Below, piece by piece: positions 9,189 through 18,134 of a DNA stretch of 64,000 nucleotides; position 1 is the first letter of the stretch, and every line of letters begins with the position of its first letter. The DNA lies in the IMG/VR virus record IMGVR_UViG_3300033119_001367; one strand, written 5' to 3'. Under the pieces are notes generated by a model that ran no database searches, was not told where the DNA came from, and saw only the letters and a program-made list of their open reading frames with translations. Position numbers and translations under genes: made by a program. The stretch comes from a virus. Taxonomy: Duplodnaviria > Heunggongvirae > Uroviricota > Caudoviricetes.

Positions 9189-9503
9189 TTAATAAATTTC
9201 TTCTTCAAAAATGGGTTTCTCAATATATTTACCTGCTTTCTTACACAATTCAAACCAAACTATCTCCTGATAAGTAGCAAGTCTGTATTTAGTGACTTTT
9301 GAAAAATTTGCAGAAGAGCCTAATAATTTATCTCTAACACCTAAATGCATACAATGTTCTAAATTATCAGCTTTAAATATATAAGGGTAATGTGTCCAAT
9401 GCTCTGTATAATAATATTGGTCTGGTATTAAATCAGTATAGTTCATAAATAGGCTCTTTAAATTCAATATATTTGTTTTTTTTTCTGGCACATTTGTAAC
9501 CAT
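9189..9503 (-). CDS. small protein of the YEIY-tail family (ends FEEEIY); tandem paralog of 9464..9706
   Basis: Both share MxYTDLIPxxYYYT near the N-terminus; the true start is probably the internal MNYTDLIP. Confidence 0.5.
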   Translation of the reverse strand: MVTNVPEKKTNILNLKSLFMNYTDLIPDQYYYTEHWTHYPYIFKADNLEHCMHLGVRDKLLGSSANFSKVTKYRLATYQEIVWFELCKKAGKYIEKPIFEEEIY

Positions 9504-9706
9504 TGTATTTCAAAAGGTGTAGCAATTCTAAATACTACATCAGTTCTTTCAAAACAACCACTTGCCTTATAAAATTTGTTATGTGTTAAATCTATATTAT
9601 CAGACTTATTTGGAGTATATTGTAATATATATTTATAACCTTCACCATCTACCCAATCAGTATAATAATACTTTCCAGGAATTAAATCAGTATATTTCAT
9701 ATGCAT
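9464..9706 (-). CDS. small protein (80 aa, MKYTDLIPGKYYYTD...KQIY)
   Basis: ORF track; paralog of 9189..9503. Confidence 0.5.
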   Translation of the reverse strand: MHMKYTDLIPGKYYYTDWVDGEGYKYILQYTPNKSDNIDLTHNKFYKASGCFERTDVVFRIATPFEIQWLQMCQKKKQIY

Positions 9707-9935
9707 ACTCTCTAAAAGGTAACAAATCTTGTTTTCTTACCATGTAATAATTCTCACCAGGATAATCTGGTTCTTCTATACAGTAATACTCTTCATCACC
9801 ATATGTTGCTTCACCATATATCTTATATTTTTCTTTACGCCAATGCCTGTAAGCATTATCTGTTCTAATATCCCAGGTAACACATCTATAAGGTAAAAAT
9901 GTATCTATTGGTATATTAATAATATTCTGGCTCAT
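9687..9935 (-). CDS. small protein of the YEIY-tail family (ends YAYEIY)
   Basis: ORF track. Confidence 0.5.
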   Translation of the reverse strand: MSQNIINIPIDTFLPYRCVTWDIRTDNAYRHWRKEKYKIYGEATYGDEEYYCIEEPDYPGENYYMVRKQDLLPFREYAYEIY

Positions 9936-10200
9936 ATTTTATATTTTTTATGTATGTAATACCTTTTTTAAAACCTTGTATCTCATAAGCTGTAGCAGGT
10001 CTTACAGCTTGTCCCCATATACCTCTTCCACAATCTGTCCAAATAATAGGAGAAGTTTCGTTTATTATTATTTCCTCAACTGTTCTTATTTTAACAATAA
10101 GACCTTCTTTATAACCTGTACCTCCTTTTAAAAGCTTTCCTTTATCTGTATCTGAGTTATTAAACCCAGGTAAACATACAACTATATCATTTATTTGCAT
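9916..10200 (-). CDS. small protein (94 aa, ends EPEYY)
   Basis: ORF track. Confidence 0.5.
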   Translation of the reverse strand: MQINDIVVCLPGFNNSDTDKGKLLKGGTGYKEGLIVKIRTVEEIIINETSPIIWTDCGRGIWGQAVRPATAYEIQGFKKGITYIKNIKYEPEYY

Positions 10201-10250
10201 AATTTTAAAATTTAAAAACCCTCCCCTTCCTAATTAAAAGAAGGAGAGGG
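10201..10250 (-). terminator. rho-independent terminator after 10262..10588
   Basis: Stem CCCTCCCCTTC/GAAGGAGAGGG (one mismatch), followed on the minus strand by TTTTTAAATTTTAAAATT. Confidence 0.5.
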
Positions 10251-10261
10251 TACACTGAAAA

Positions 10262-10588
10262 CTAACAAACCTTATCCAAAACCGAATCTACAACCAAAAA
10301 TTCACCTTGTATATGAAACAAGATAGCACCTCTTTTAGTAATTATCATTCCATTAGTAGGTGTGGCAAAAGAAACAGTACATGTTTCCAAACCTAATGCT
10401 GCTAAAGGATATATAAATACAGGTAATCCCCTATCAAAACCGTAATGAGGTTTAATACTCTCACAAATTTTCTCAATTTTTAGTTTGAGATATAATTTGG
10501 GATTAATAGGGTTAATAAAGAACTTCTTAATCCCTTCTAAAGGATTTACTTCTTTACCTTCTGTAAAGTTGAAAAACATTGTTTTCAT
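10262..10588 (-). CDS. hypothetical protein (108 aa)
   Basis: ORF track. Confidence 0.55.
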   Translation of the reverse strand: MKTMFFNFTEGKEVNPLEGIKKFFINPINPKLYLKLKIEKICESIKPHYGFDRGLPVFIYPLAALGLETCTVSFATPTNGMIITKRGAILFHIQGEFLVVDSVLDKVC

Positions 10589-10841
10589 TTTTATGTTAAT
10601 TTATTGGTGAAATGATAAAAATCCCCTCACCAAATGATGAGGGGTTTAATCCCAGTTTCGTAGGAATTACTTCGCAAATTAGGCAGCTATTCTCATAGCT
10701 GACCTTTTGAAGGAGATTACTCTGCCTTTTAGGTTTACTGATAATCTCTCCTAGTCGTAATATTAGAATCAAGTGCCAAATGTCCCCCAATTAATTTGCC
10801 TATATCTTACTCAAGGATATAGGACTTGGCAATACTAGCCA

Positions 10842-10890
10842 TAGCTATTGTGGAGGACAGGGGAGTCGAACCCCTTTCTTCTAATCACCT
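10842..10890 (-). other. tRNA 3'-half-like fragment (T-arm + acceptor 3' strand); possible attP-type core or tRNA pseudogene
   Basis: The minus-strand sense reads ...AGAAGAAAGGGGTTCGACTCCCCTGTCCTCCA: a canonical T-stem/loop (AGGGG-TTCGACT-CCCCT) plus a 7-nt acceptor 3' strand. No complementary 5' acceptor strand (GGAGGAC) exists within 90 nt upstream. Confidence 0.35.
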
Positions 10891-11098
10891 CTCTAGAAGT
10901 GTCTGCGATTACCATTTATTTTAAGCTTCCTGCATAGCAGGTTCAGCTATTACTTTATAATTTACAGAAGATACTCTTAATTCTCTACGCAATTCTTCCC
11001 CTTGTTCAAGAGCTATTGCTTCAGTATGATAAGGAGTTCTTGAATCATAAATACTTTCCCCATCTCTTTTATCTACTATTTTGAAAAAATGTTCCATA

Positions 11099-11293
11099 TC
11101 AAATAGATTTAGTTATTAATAATTGTTGAACTCTGTACACTCTATTTTGTTTATCTACCCATAAAGATCTGCAATTCAAATGATTTATACCATTTCCATA
11201 TATATTACGAAAATGTTTTAAATGTAATTGATTAGCTTTCTTGATGTTAATAATTTTAAAATGTCTGATGTACCAAAGTTGTAAGTTTCTCAT
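11099..11293 (-). CDS. hypothetical protein (64 aa)
   Basis: ORF track; weak support. Confidence 0.35.
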   Translation of the reverse strand: MRNLQLWYIRHFKIINIKKANQLHLKHFRNIYGNGINHLNCRSLWVDKQNRVYRVQQLLITKSI

Positions 11294-11370
11294 AATTTAT
11301 ATTTTAAAAAGGAGAGAGAATTTCTTCCCTCCCCTACCACCTGAACCTATATTATTTTATATATATTTGT

Positions 11371-11577
11371 TTATTGAGGATCTAAGTGATTAAAATTATA
11401 TACAATCTCCTGTCCAGTGTTATCGAAATATCTGGCATGAGACATACTTTTATCTGGTCTACGGGCTATGATTTTATCAGCCCCTGCTTCAGATGTACAT
11501 CTCATGGATTCATTGTAAATTTTGTGTTTTGAGGGAGTAGTATCCCAAAAGCTGATTATCAAACGATTTTTTGGCAT
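11371..11577 (-). CDS. hypothetical protein (68 aa)
   Basis: ORF track. Confidence 0.45.
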   Translation of the reverse strand: MPKNRLIISFWDTTPSKHKIYNESMRCTSEAGADKIIARRPDKSMSHARYFDNTGQEIVYNFNHLDPQ

Positions 11578-11587
11578 GGTAAATGTT

Positions 11588-11761
11588 TTAGATTCGTGAT
11601 TGTAAAGTTGTTATTTCTTTTTTAATCCTTTCTGTATCTTTATCAGTTAAAGGAACTGGACCTTCTTTAGAAGGTTTTTGACCTGTTTTTAACTGGTTTT
11701 GCAGATAATGTAGAGCTGTTTTTCTTCTTGAAAAAACTCCACCTGATGTTCTTAATGACAT
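11588..11761 (-). CDS. small basic protein (~57 aa, MSLRTSGGVFSRRKTALHYLQNQLKTGQKP...)
   Basis: Manually found sub-threshold ORF in an otherwise empty 280-bp gap; coordinates approximate. Confidence 0.3.
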   Translation of the reverse strand: MSLRTSGGVFSRRKTALHYLQNQLKTGQKPSKEGPVPLTDKDTERIKKEITTLQSRI

Positions 11762-11860
11762 AGCTTCCTAGTTTTTAGTTAATTAAAATTGGTTTATGTA
11801 TATGTGACTCTACTTCCCAAACATCACATTCAGGACAGTAAATAAGATCTGTTATCATAA

Positions 11861-12124
11861 TTAATAAATTTCGTAATCAGAATTTAACAATTGAATATTA
11901 GTTACACTATTGGTTTCTATAGCATATGGAGTCCCATCACTAACAACCCAACTGTATTTGTATCCAAGTTTCTCATTACAATCAGAACCATTTTTAAGGT
12001 TTTGTACTATATAGTAATTATCTTCTTCAAATACTATCCTGGCATCACTTATTACTGTATTTTCTATTTTACAAGTTATGTGTTTGCCATCCATTTCTGT
12101 TGTTAAACTTTTAATATAGCTCAT
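11861..12124 (-). CDS. small protein of the YEIY-tail family (ends SDYEIY); tandem paralog of 12111..12380
   Basis: Alignable along its whole length with 12111..12380 (..ARIVFEEDNYYIVQNL.. versus ..AVIVYEDLRYYILQDV..; NIQLLN versus NIQIIN). Confidence 0.55.
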   Translation of the reverse strand: MSYIKSLTTEMDGKHITCKIENTVISDARIVFEEDNYYIVQNLKNGSDCNEKLGYKYSWVVSDGTPYAIETNSVTNIQLLNSDYEIY

Positions 12125-12380
12125 ATTCTTGATTTATAATTTGAATGTTACTTGTTTGATTTCTGAATAAATCCCCTTTATTACCTCTTCCTACACACCA
12201 AGATAGTTTTTTACCAAATTTACTTGCTTTTATAGTAGGGGGGAAAGAACCACTATGAACATCTTGTAAGATATAATATCTTAAATCCTCATATACAATC
12301 ACTGCGTTATTTATAGGTTCACCTCCTATAATACAGTTTATACTCTTACCATTTATATCTGGGGTTAATTGTGTTATCAT
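12111..12380 (-). CDS. small protein of the YEIY-tail family (ends QEYELY)
   Basis: ORF track; paralog of 11861..12124. Confidence 0.55.
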   Translation of the reverse strand: MITQLTPDINGKSINCIIGGEPINNAVIVYEDLRYYILQDVHSGSFPPTIKASKFGKKLSWCVGRGNKGDLFRNQTSNIQIINQEYELY

Positions 12381-12604
12381 AACTCTATTTTATAAGTTGA
12401 ATTTTTTGTTTTAAATACAAATCCCTTATCATCTTTAGATATTATTTCAGTTACAGGAGATGAACCAAATGAGCCAATAAAATAACTTTCACCTATAATA
12501 GGCTCAGGATCATATATTTTCGACTCTCTTTTATATCCTATATTAATACCATTAGGATGATTTTCACCATATCGGTGAGCTTCTATTTTAGTTAGTATTG
12601 CCAT
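12377..12604 (-). CDS. hypothetical protein (75 aa)
   Basis: ORF track. Confidence 0.5.
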   Translation of the reverse strand: MAILTKIEAHRYGENHPNGINIGYKRESKIYDPEPIIGESYFIGSFGSSPVTEIISKDDKGFVFKTKNSTYKIEL

Positions 12605-12609
12605 AGTAT

Positions 12610-12873
12610 TTAATATTGAGGTTCTTGTAATAATAATTTACTCCATAAACTTATCATATATTGAGCAAGTTCATGTTTTTCAATAGGTGTAAAATCCGTA
12701 TTATCATGATCAACCTCTATTGTACCATCTTCATCTTCTAATTTAGGTTCCATCATATTATCATACCCTTCATGTAAATCACCATTTTCATCAATACCAA
12801 TAACATCACAATTGGGTGTTATGAATCTACCAGTTGAAAACTGATATGTTTCATCATCAAATTTTTTTAACAT
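12610..12873 (-). CDS. small acidic protein (87 aa, ends LLQEPQY)
   Basis: ORF track. Confidence 0.5.
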   Translation of the reverse strand: MLKKFDDETYQFSTGRFITPNCDVIGIDENGDLHEGYDNMMEPKLEDEDGTIEVDHDNTDFTPIEKHELAQYMISLWSKLLLQEPQY

Positions 12874-12890
12874 AATAGTTTGTTTTTGTT

Positions 12891-13205
12891 TTAATAAATT
12901 TCAGGTGATAAAATTTCTATTGGTATATACTGTGGACCAGATTCTCCTGTTTTAGCAGCCCAATACCCTTGTTTATAAACAAGTCCTATTCCTCTTCCCC
13001 ATACACAAAGAGTATCTTCTTTCTCATCATATTGAAAAAGACTTCCATTCTCATTGTTACTAGGAATACACATTTTAAAATGAGGATCACTACGATCTCT
13101 TCCTTTATCAAAACTTGCAAACCCTCCTTCTAAACAATTAACTTTTTCTTCTTCTATGTATCTTTCTCTTAAAATCTTAAGTAATTTATCAATTTTCTGT
13201 TGCAT
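12891..13205 (-). CDS. small protein of the YEIY-tail family (ends LSPEIY)
   Basis: ORF track. Confidence 0.55.
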   Translation of the reverse strand: MQQKIDKLLKILRERYIEEEKVNCLEGGFASFDKGRDRSDPHFKMCIPSNNENGSLFQYDEKEDTLCVWGRGIGLVYKQGYWAAKTGESGPQYIPIEILSPEIY

Positions 13206-13221
13206 AATTTTATATTTTTAG

Positions 13222-13292
13222 AGGCTAATACTGGGATTGAACCAGTGAACACAGTTTTGCAGACTGTTATCTTACCACTTGATTAATTAGCC
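13222..13292 (-). tRNA. tRNA-Cys (anticodon GCA)
   Basis: Folded by hand: acceptor GGCTAAT/ATTAGCC (7 bp), 3-bp D-stem with GG in the loop, anticodon stem ACAGT/ACTGT with loop CTGCAAA (GCA), 4-nt variable loop, T-arm ACTGG-TTCAATC-CCAGT. The discriminator is U, which is the Cys identity element. CCA is not encoded. Confidence 0.75.
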
Positions 13293-13345
13293 CGGTTAAG
13301 TAAAGTGACTCCCACCCCTTTGACAGGATGAGAGTCCACCATACA

Positions 13346-13678
13346 CTAAAATTTTCTTACCGTAACTACGGCATAGTTACGATATTTTTGTAAAAAATCA
13401 ATTTTACCATTCTTACCATAGTTTTCCATCAATACACCCTGATAATTTGGTTCAACTCTTGTTCCACAAGATATGGCAACTAACGATAGTATCGCAACTA
13501 TCAAAATCATGTTTGTTTTTTTCATTGTTTTTTTGATTTGATTGATTAAGTAATTGATAAAAATTAATGCAGTGACTACCATTAAGCCAACTCCAACCCA
13601 CGCATGAATGTGGTTAAATGACCATTGGCAAATAAAAATTGCTACTAAAAATCCAAGTAAATGGAATAAATATTTCAT
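13346..13678 (-). CDS. membrane protein (110 aa; TM helices, internal lipobox-like LVAISC)
   Basis: ORF track; a hairpin CGTAACTA/TAGTTACG overlaps its 3' end. Confidence 0.45.
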   Translation of the reverse strand: MKYLFHLLGFLVAIFICQWSFNHIHAWVGVGLMVVTALIFINYLINQIKKTMKKTNMILIVAILSLVAISCGTRVEPNYQGVLMENYGKNGKIDFLQKYRNYAVVTVRKF

Positions 13679-13851
13679 ATTATAATTTAGTTTTAATTGA
13701 TTAAGAAAGAAAATAAAGACTATTAGTGAATTATATATGAAACATGAGTTTGTGCGACACGCATCAACGAATTCTATATAATCCTACTTATATTTTCTGA
13801 AGAGTAATTAATTCCATGATAGGAGCTTTTTACTAATAGTCTTTAAGAAGT

Positions 13852-14547
13852 TTATTTCAAAGAAATTTTATACTTTTCACGAATCATGGCTTCTTTTGTA
13901 CCTTCAGAAACATCTCTGTTCCAAAGCACTCTAAAAGCATCATCCCATAATTCTGAATGAGATTTACTTATAGGCTTACAAGTGATGGTATTATCTGGAG
14001 CTATTTTTAAAGACATTTTATAAGGCATATTATACTCTTGATATTTTGTGTATTCAATTAACACTTTATTAATACCACCCAGTTCACAGAATTTCTTGAG
14101 AAACTCATTAGAAGGTCTTGGTAATTGACATTTAGGAAATTTACAATTATTATTGTAAGTACAGCTTTCTCCTTCTCTTTTAACACCATTACAAGTTAGT
14201 AGTTTATCTGTAGTAGCTATTATCTTTTTACAGTTATATTTTACACAGATTACTTGTTCAGAAGGATATTGTATAAATAATGTTTTATCTTTTACTTCTA
14301 ATACTTCACCTATTTCTTTAGATGGTAAATGATATACTTTATCACCTTTTTTAATCTCTTCATCAGAGATAAAGTAGAGATGCTGATTTTCCCAATCTTT
14401 TTCTTTCATTTTCATCATAGCAGGACTATAATCTAATATACCTGTTGATATTTGTTTTTTTACAACACTATCTGTATTAGTAGATAGCATAATAATATCA
14501 CATTCTTGATAGAATTTACCCTCTATCTGGGTATAACTTTGCTTCAT
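13852..14547 (-). CDS. hypothetical protein (231 aa), Cys-rich C-terminal half
   Basis: ORF track. Confidence 0.6.
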   Translation of the reverse strand: MKQSYTQIEGKFYQECDIIMLSTNTDSVVKKQISTGILDYSPAMMKMKEKDWENQHLYFISDEEIKKGDKVYHLPSKEIGEVLEVKDKTLFIQYPSEQVICVKYNCKKIIATTDKLLTCNGVKREGESCTYNNNCKFPKCQLPRPSNEFLKKFCELGGINKVLIEYTKYQEYNMPYKMSLKIAPDNTITCKPISKSHSELWDDAFRVLWNRDVSEGTKEAMIREKYKISLK

Positions 14548-14569
14548 AAGCTTGAATTTTAATTGTTAT

Positions 14570-14815
14570 TTAAGCCTGATATTCAGGTTGTGGATTAAGA
14601 ATTTGTTTTTTATTTACACCAAATACCTTAAGATAATCTTCTTTATTATTGATAATACCAGTAGATAGAGAAGGTCTTGGAGCTACATGTCCTGGTAATG
14701 GTCCATATGTACATGGAACCCAGCGATCCCCAAGATTATGCTTTTGACAATGATCTGTACTGAAAAAGAACTCTCCAGTATCTACATTTTCGTGGGTTAT
14801 TATAAAATTTCTCAT
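14570..14815 (-). CDS. hypothetical protein (81 aa)
   Basis: ORF track. Confidence 0.5.
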   Translation of the reverse strand: MRNFIITHENVDTGEFFFSTDHCQKHNLGDRWVPCTYGPLPGHVAPRPSLSTGIINNKEDYLKVFGVNKKQILNPQPEYQA

Positions 14816-14988
14816 ATATTGTTATTTAATATTGTGTAGAATTAAACCACCTATAGATACTAATATTAATTGTATCCACCAGTGTTTATCAAATAAATAA
14901 ATCTTACTTGTTCCACTACGTTTTAGATTTATTGCACACCAAATAAGAAAATATGCAAAAATCATTATTATTAACTTTATCATTGTTT

Positions 14989-15354
14989 TTATGGTTTAAT
15001 TATACAATATTGATGAAATAAACTGTCAATTTCATCATCAGTTTCTACTAATGATGAGTTTGTCTGTTCCAAATAAGCCAAAGCTTTATTAAGACCTATA
15101 TGATCTCTTACAATCATAGTGTCAGAACATACATAATCAGGATATATAATATATCCTTTTTTGAAATATTCGACATAAATAGTCTCATTATTTAATTTTG
15201 GTTTATTGCAGCTTTGTAATAATAGCAAAGCCATAGCTATTCCTATTAAGAGCATTCTGAGATTAAATTCATTCTCTTTGGTAAGTTTTACCTTTTTCAT
15301 ATGTTTAGTTTTTATTTGTGTCGCACTAATACTTTGATTATCAAGCTGCTTCAT
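14989..15354 (-). CDS. putative lipoprotein (121 aa; MLLIGIAMALLLLQSC)
   Basis: Signal-peptide-like hydrophobic segment followed by Cys. Confidence 0.5.
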   Translation of the reverse strand: MKQLDNQSISATQIKTKHMKKVKLTKENEFNLRMLLIGIAMALLLLQSCNKPKLNNETIYVEYFKKGYIIYPDYVCSDTMIVRDHIGLNKALAYLEQTNSSLVETDDEIDSLFHQYCIIKP

Positions 15355-15584
15355 TGCCTAGGTTTCCATTATATCTAAAGCTGGAATTAACAGTGAATGA
15401 CTCATTTAAAGTTAGTCTCGTAAGCTAACTCACTAATAATCAAAGATATAAGCCCCAAGAAAAAGGTAAACTGTTTATAGTCACTTATACTACCAGCTTA
15501 GTATGTTGGGTTAATACCAACTATGCCCAGTTAATTTTGTACCCTTTCTCTTTGTTACTGATTTACACAGTAATACAATAATAG

Positions 15585-15622
15585 ATGGAAAAAGAGCGTT
15601 GATTATTCTACCAACGCTCTTT
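15585..15622 (-). terminator. rho-independent terminator after 15642..15932
   Basis: Stem AAAGAGCGTTG/CAACGCTCTTT with a 10-nt loop, followed on the minus strand by TTTTTCC. Confidence 0.55.
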
Positions 15623-15641
15623 AATTGTCAATTTGTTTCGA

Positions 15642-15932
15642 CTAATTCCATCGCCTTCTATCATCCGTAGCAACAAGACGACGAAGATTATTTACAGATA
15701 TGGTATGGATTCCATCTTTATACTGTACATAGGCGATTTTGCCATGTACACTGTCAATTACTCCGTATGTACCATCTGTAATATCTAATACTAAAATCCC
15801 TTTGTAAAATTGTTTTTTTGGGCATTGTTTATACAACACCATGTCTATGCTCATGAGAGCGTTGATGTCTACCATATGAATAAGTATTAAAATGTTAATG
15901 AGAATTGATAGGGAAGGCTTGGAGCTTTCCAC
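15642..15932 (-). CDS. hypothetical protein (96 aa)
   Basis: ORF track. Confidence 0.5.
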   Translation of the reverse strand: MESSKPSLSILINILILIHMVDINALMSIDMVLYKQCPKKQFYKGILVLDITDGTYGVIDSVHGKIAYVQYKDGIHTISVNNLRRLVATDDRRRWN

Positions 15933-16265
15933 AACATTTTAATATTTTCTCGTAACTCCAAGTCCTAGTGTCAAAAAAAGGCTCATTAATGAAAAGAATT
16001 CCTTTTTGTCTGGTTAGCTATTCCAGAGTCTAGCTGGTCTGTACATATTACTATGTCCCTTCACCCTAATGATGTTTCCATCTACATGTTAGCTGATTCA
16101 GTTTATTTCTATTTATTCTCCTTGTTAGTGATTCTCACACTAAGCACGTCTTAGGCATCTCGAGCTGATTGTCCCCTAAGACTAATAACTAAGAAGTTTC
16201 TGGTTCTCTAATATAGAGTCTTTAACTGTAGTTTTTCCCTCACTCTGACAACTTTGGGAATATAT

Positions 16266-16643
16266 TTAGTATTTTTGAAGTAATTCTTTCATCCTATCTA
16301 CCCTGTATTGTAAAGCCTCAATAGCTTCATCTCTTGAATAACAATAATAAGGTATTATGTACCAAAATTTTCTATAACTACATGGAACTCTTTTAACCCA
16401 TTTTCTTAATTTTTTGGGTATATTTTTAAACCATAAATAATTACAGAGACCTTCATTCACACAATTTACTGTCATTAGGTATTCCCAATTATCAGACACT
16501 TCAGCTATTTGGATTACAGCTTCATAGTGTTTAATACATCCTTTGATTATTTCTTTTTCTTTTCTGGATAATTTATATATAAATAAATAATAACATAAAG
16601 AACCAGAAAGAATTAAAGCTAGAATTATAATTATTGTTGTCAT
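16266..16643 (-). CDS. membrane-anchored protein (125 aa); paralog of 5658..5969
   Basis: N-terminal TM helix; C-terminal motif AIEALQYRVDRMKELL. Confidence 0.55.
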   Translation of the reverse strand: MTTIIIILALILSGSLCYYLFIYKLSRKEKEIIKGCIKHYEAVIQIAEVSDNWEYLMTVNCVNEGLCNYLWFKNIPKKLRKWVKRVPCSYRKFWYIIPYYCYSRDEAIEALQYRVDRMKELLQKY

Positions 16644-16669
16644 TTTTTAGTTTTTAGTGTTAATGCTAT

Positions 16670-17131
16670 TTAAATGTCCGATAATTTGATGCCAATGTTG
16701 TTCTCCATTATTCTCACCCAACTCCTGTCAAAGCTTGAATTCCAATTATCTGTATCCTCCAAAGCTTTTAATACAAATTTAGGATCAGAAATATTGTGAT
16801 TAAATGGATAATGTCTTACATCTATATTTGTTTTACAGTCAATATGTTTCTTTTTAATTTTCAGAAAAGCATGACTGCAAGAGTTTGTAATACTATGCAC
16901 ACCCTTAAAATATGCATCATTGTCATGATAAGAAGGTGTATCATAACAATATCCAAATACAATTTCTACTTCCAACTTTGGTTTATGTATCTTTAACCAT
17001 TGATACATAAATAAGGCGGCATATCCACAACCCCCATAGTTTATGGCTGGTATACCAGCCAAGTATTTTCTTAACTCTTTAAAATTTTTCATATTATAAG
17101 AACATGGATGATATATCCTTTTTGTTAACAA
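16670..17131 (-). CDS. hypothetical protein (153 aa)
   Basis: ORF track. Confidence 0.55.
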   Translation of the reverse strand: MLTKRIYHPCSYNMKNFKELRKYLAGIPAINYGGCGYAALFMYQWLKIHKPKLEVEIVFGYCYDTPSYHDNDAYFKGVHSITNSCSHAFLKIKKKHIDCKTNIDVRHYPFNHNISDPKFVLKALEDTDNWNSSFDRSWVRIMENNIGIKLSDI

Positions 17132-17534
17132 TAGATTCTTTTATAAAAACAATTTGATATGATGATTCATAATAATCTGTTACGTCTAACATAAATACTT
17201 TAAAACCAAGGGCTTCTATACATTCCTTCAATTCTTCTCTGGTTAAAGCCGTTTCAAGTTGAGCAAGATCTTTAAATGCAAAATTGTATTCTTGAACATC
17301 TTCCCAACTTATTTGTCTTTGTAATTCTATATCAAAAGCAAAAGCAGGAAATCTTGTTTGATCCATATGTCTTTTAGATATTTCTAGATAACAGGAATGG
17401 TCTTCTATTGTATTATATTGTTTCTCATCATAACCCGATCTCCATAAACCTATACCATCAGAAGGGTGTTCAATTCTTATTATGTTTGTTCTCATAGTTA
17501 TACTTTTTAATGTATTTAGAGAATGAATCCCCAC
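17094..17534 (-). CDS. hypothetical protein (146 aa)
   Basis: ORF track. Confidence 0.55.
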   Translation of the reverse strand: MGIHSLNTLKSITMRTNIIRIEHPSDGIGLWRSGYDEKQYNTIEDHSCYLEISKRHMDQTRFPAFAFDIELQRQISWEDVQEYNFAFKDLAQLETALTREELKECIEALGFKVFMLDVTDYYESSYQIVFIKESIVNKKDISSMFL

Positions 17535-17699
17535 TCATATAAGCAGGGACTCATAGATTATTAACGCCTTGCACTTAACACATACTGTTGCAAGCCAGTA
17601 TAAAATAGAACTCCCTACTAATAGGTTTCAAGGGTTCCGCCCTATGAGTTCTAACCGGAAATCTATTGCTCTCCAAAGTATCTGTCTTGATAGACAGCC

Positions 17700-17903
17700 T
17701 CAAACAATAGAAGAAGTTTTCAATTCAACCATATAATCAGCTTCAGAGAGAATATCTCCTTCTGCCCAATCAATATAACTGACATACCTTTCAATTTTCT
17801 CTACAGCCCCCCTATGTGAAGAAGCCAGACATGTAGCGATTATACGCCCATCACATACTAATAACCATTTTTCTTGCATGGTCTTTAATTTAAAAGTTAT
17901 CAA
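17700..17903 (-). CDS. hypothetical protein (67 aa)
   Basis: ORF track. Confidence 0.45.
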   Translation of the reverse strand: MITFKLKTMQEKWLLVCDGRIIATCLASSHRGAVEKIERYVSYIDWAEGDILSEADYMVELKTSSIV

Positions 17904-17921
17904 ATAAGGTTGTTTTTGTAA

Positions 17922-18134
17922 TCATATAATAGTTTTAAAGCTTAAGTCTATATATATATATATCATCTGCTCATCTTCGGAAAGATTATCCTGATGACGC
18001 ATAAATTCTCTCTCACCAACCATATCATCAACTGATTCTTCATCACAATAAGCATAATGACACTCACCTGATTCATCAACTGTATTATTACCACAGTTAG
18101 GACATTTAGTATGATGTATTGTACCTGTTTCCAT
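17922..18134 (-). CDS. small zinc-ribbon-like protein (70 aa; CPNCGNN...CHYAYCDEE)
   Basis: Two CxxC-like pairs; contains a (TA)7 tract that encodes IYIYID. Confidence 0.45.
   Translation of the reverse strand: METGTIHHTKCPNCGNNTVDESGECHYAYCDEESVDDMVGEREFMRHQDNLSEDEQMIYIYIDLSFKTII

Noticed and set aside
10596-10790. 64-aa minus-strand ORF
   Set aside because: Spans two strong hairpins and sits in the structured noncoding island next to the tRNA fragment; more likely noncoding.
17951-17964. (TA)7 simple repeat
   Set aside because: Lies inside ORF 17922..18134, where it encodes IYIYID; no evidence for a regulatory role.
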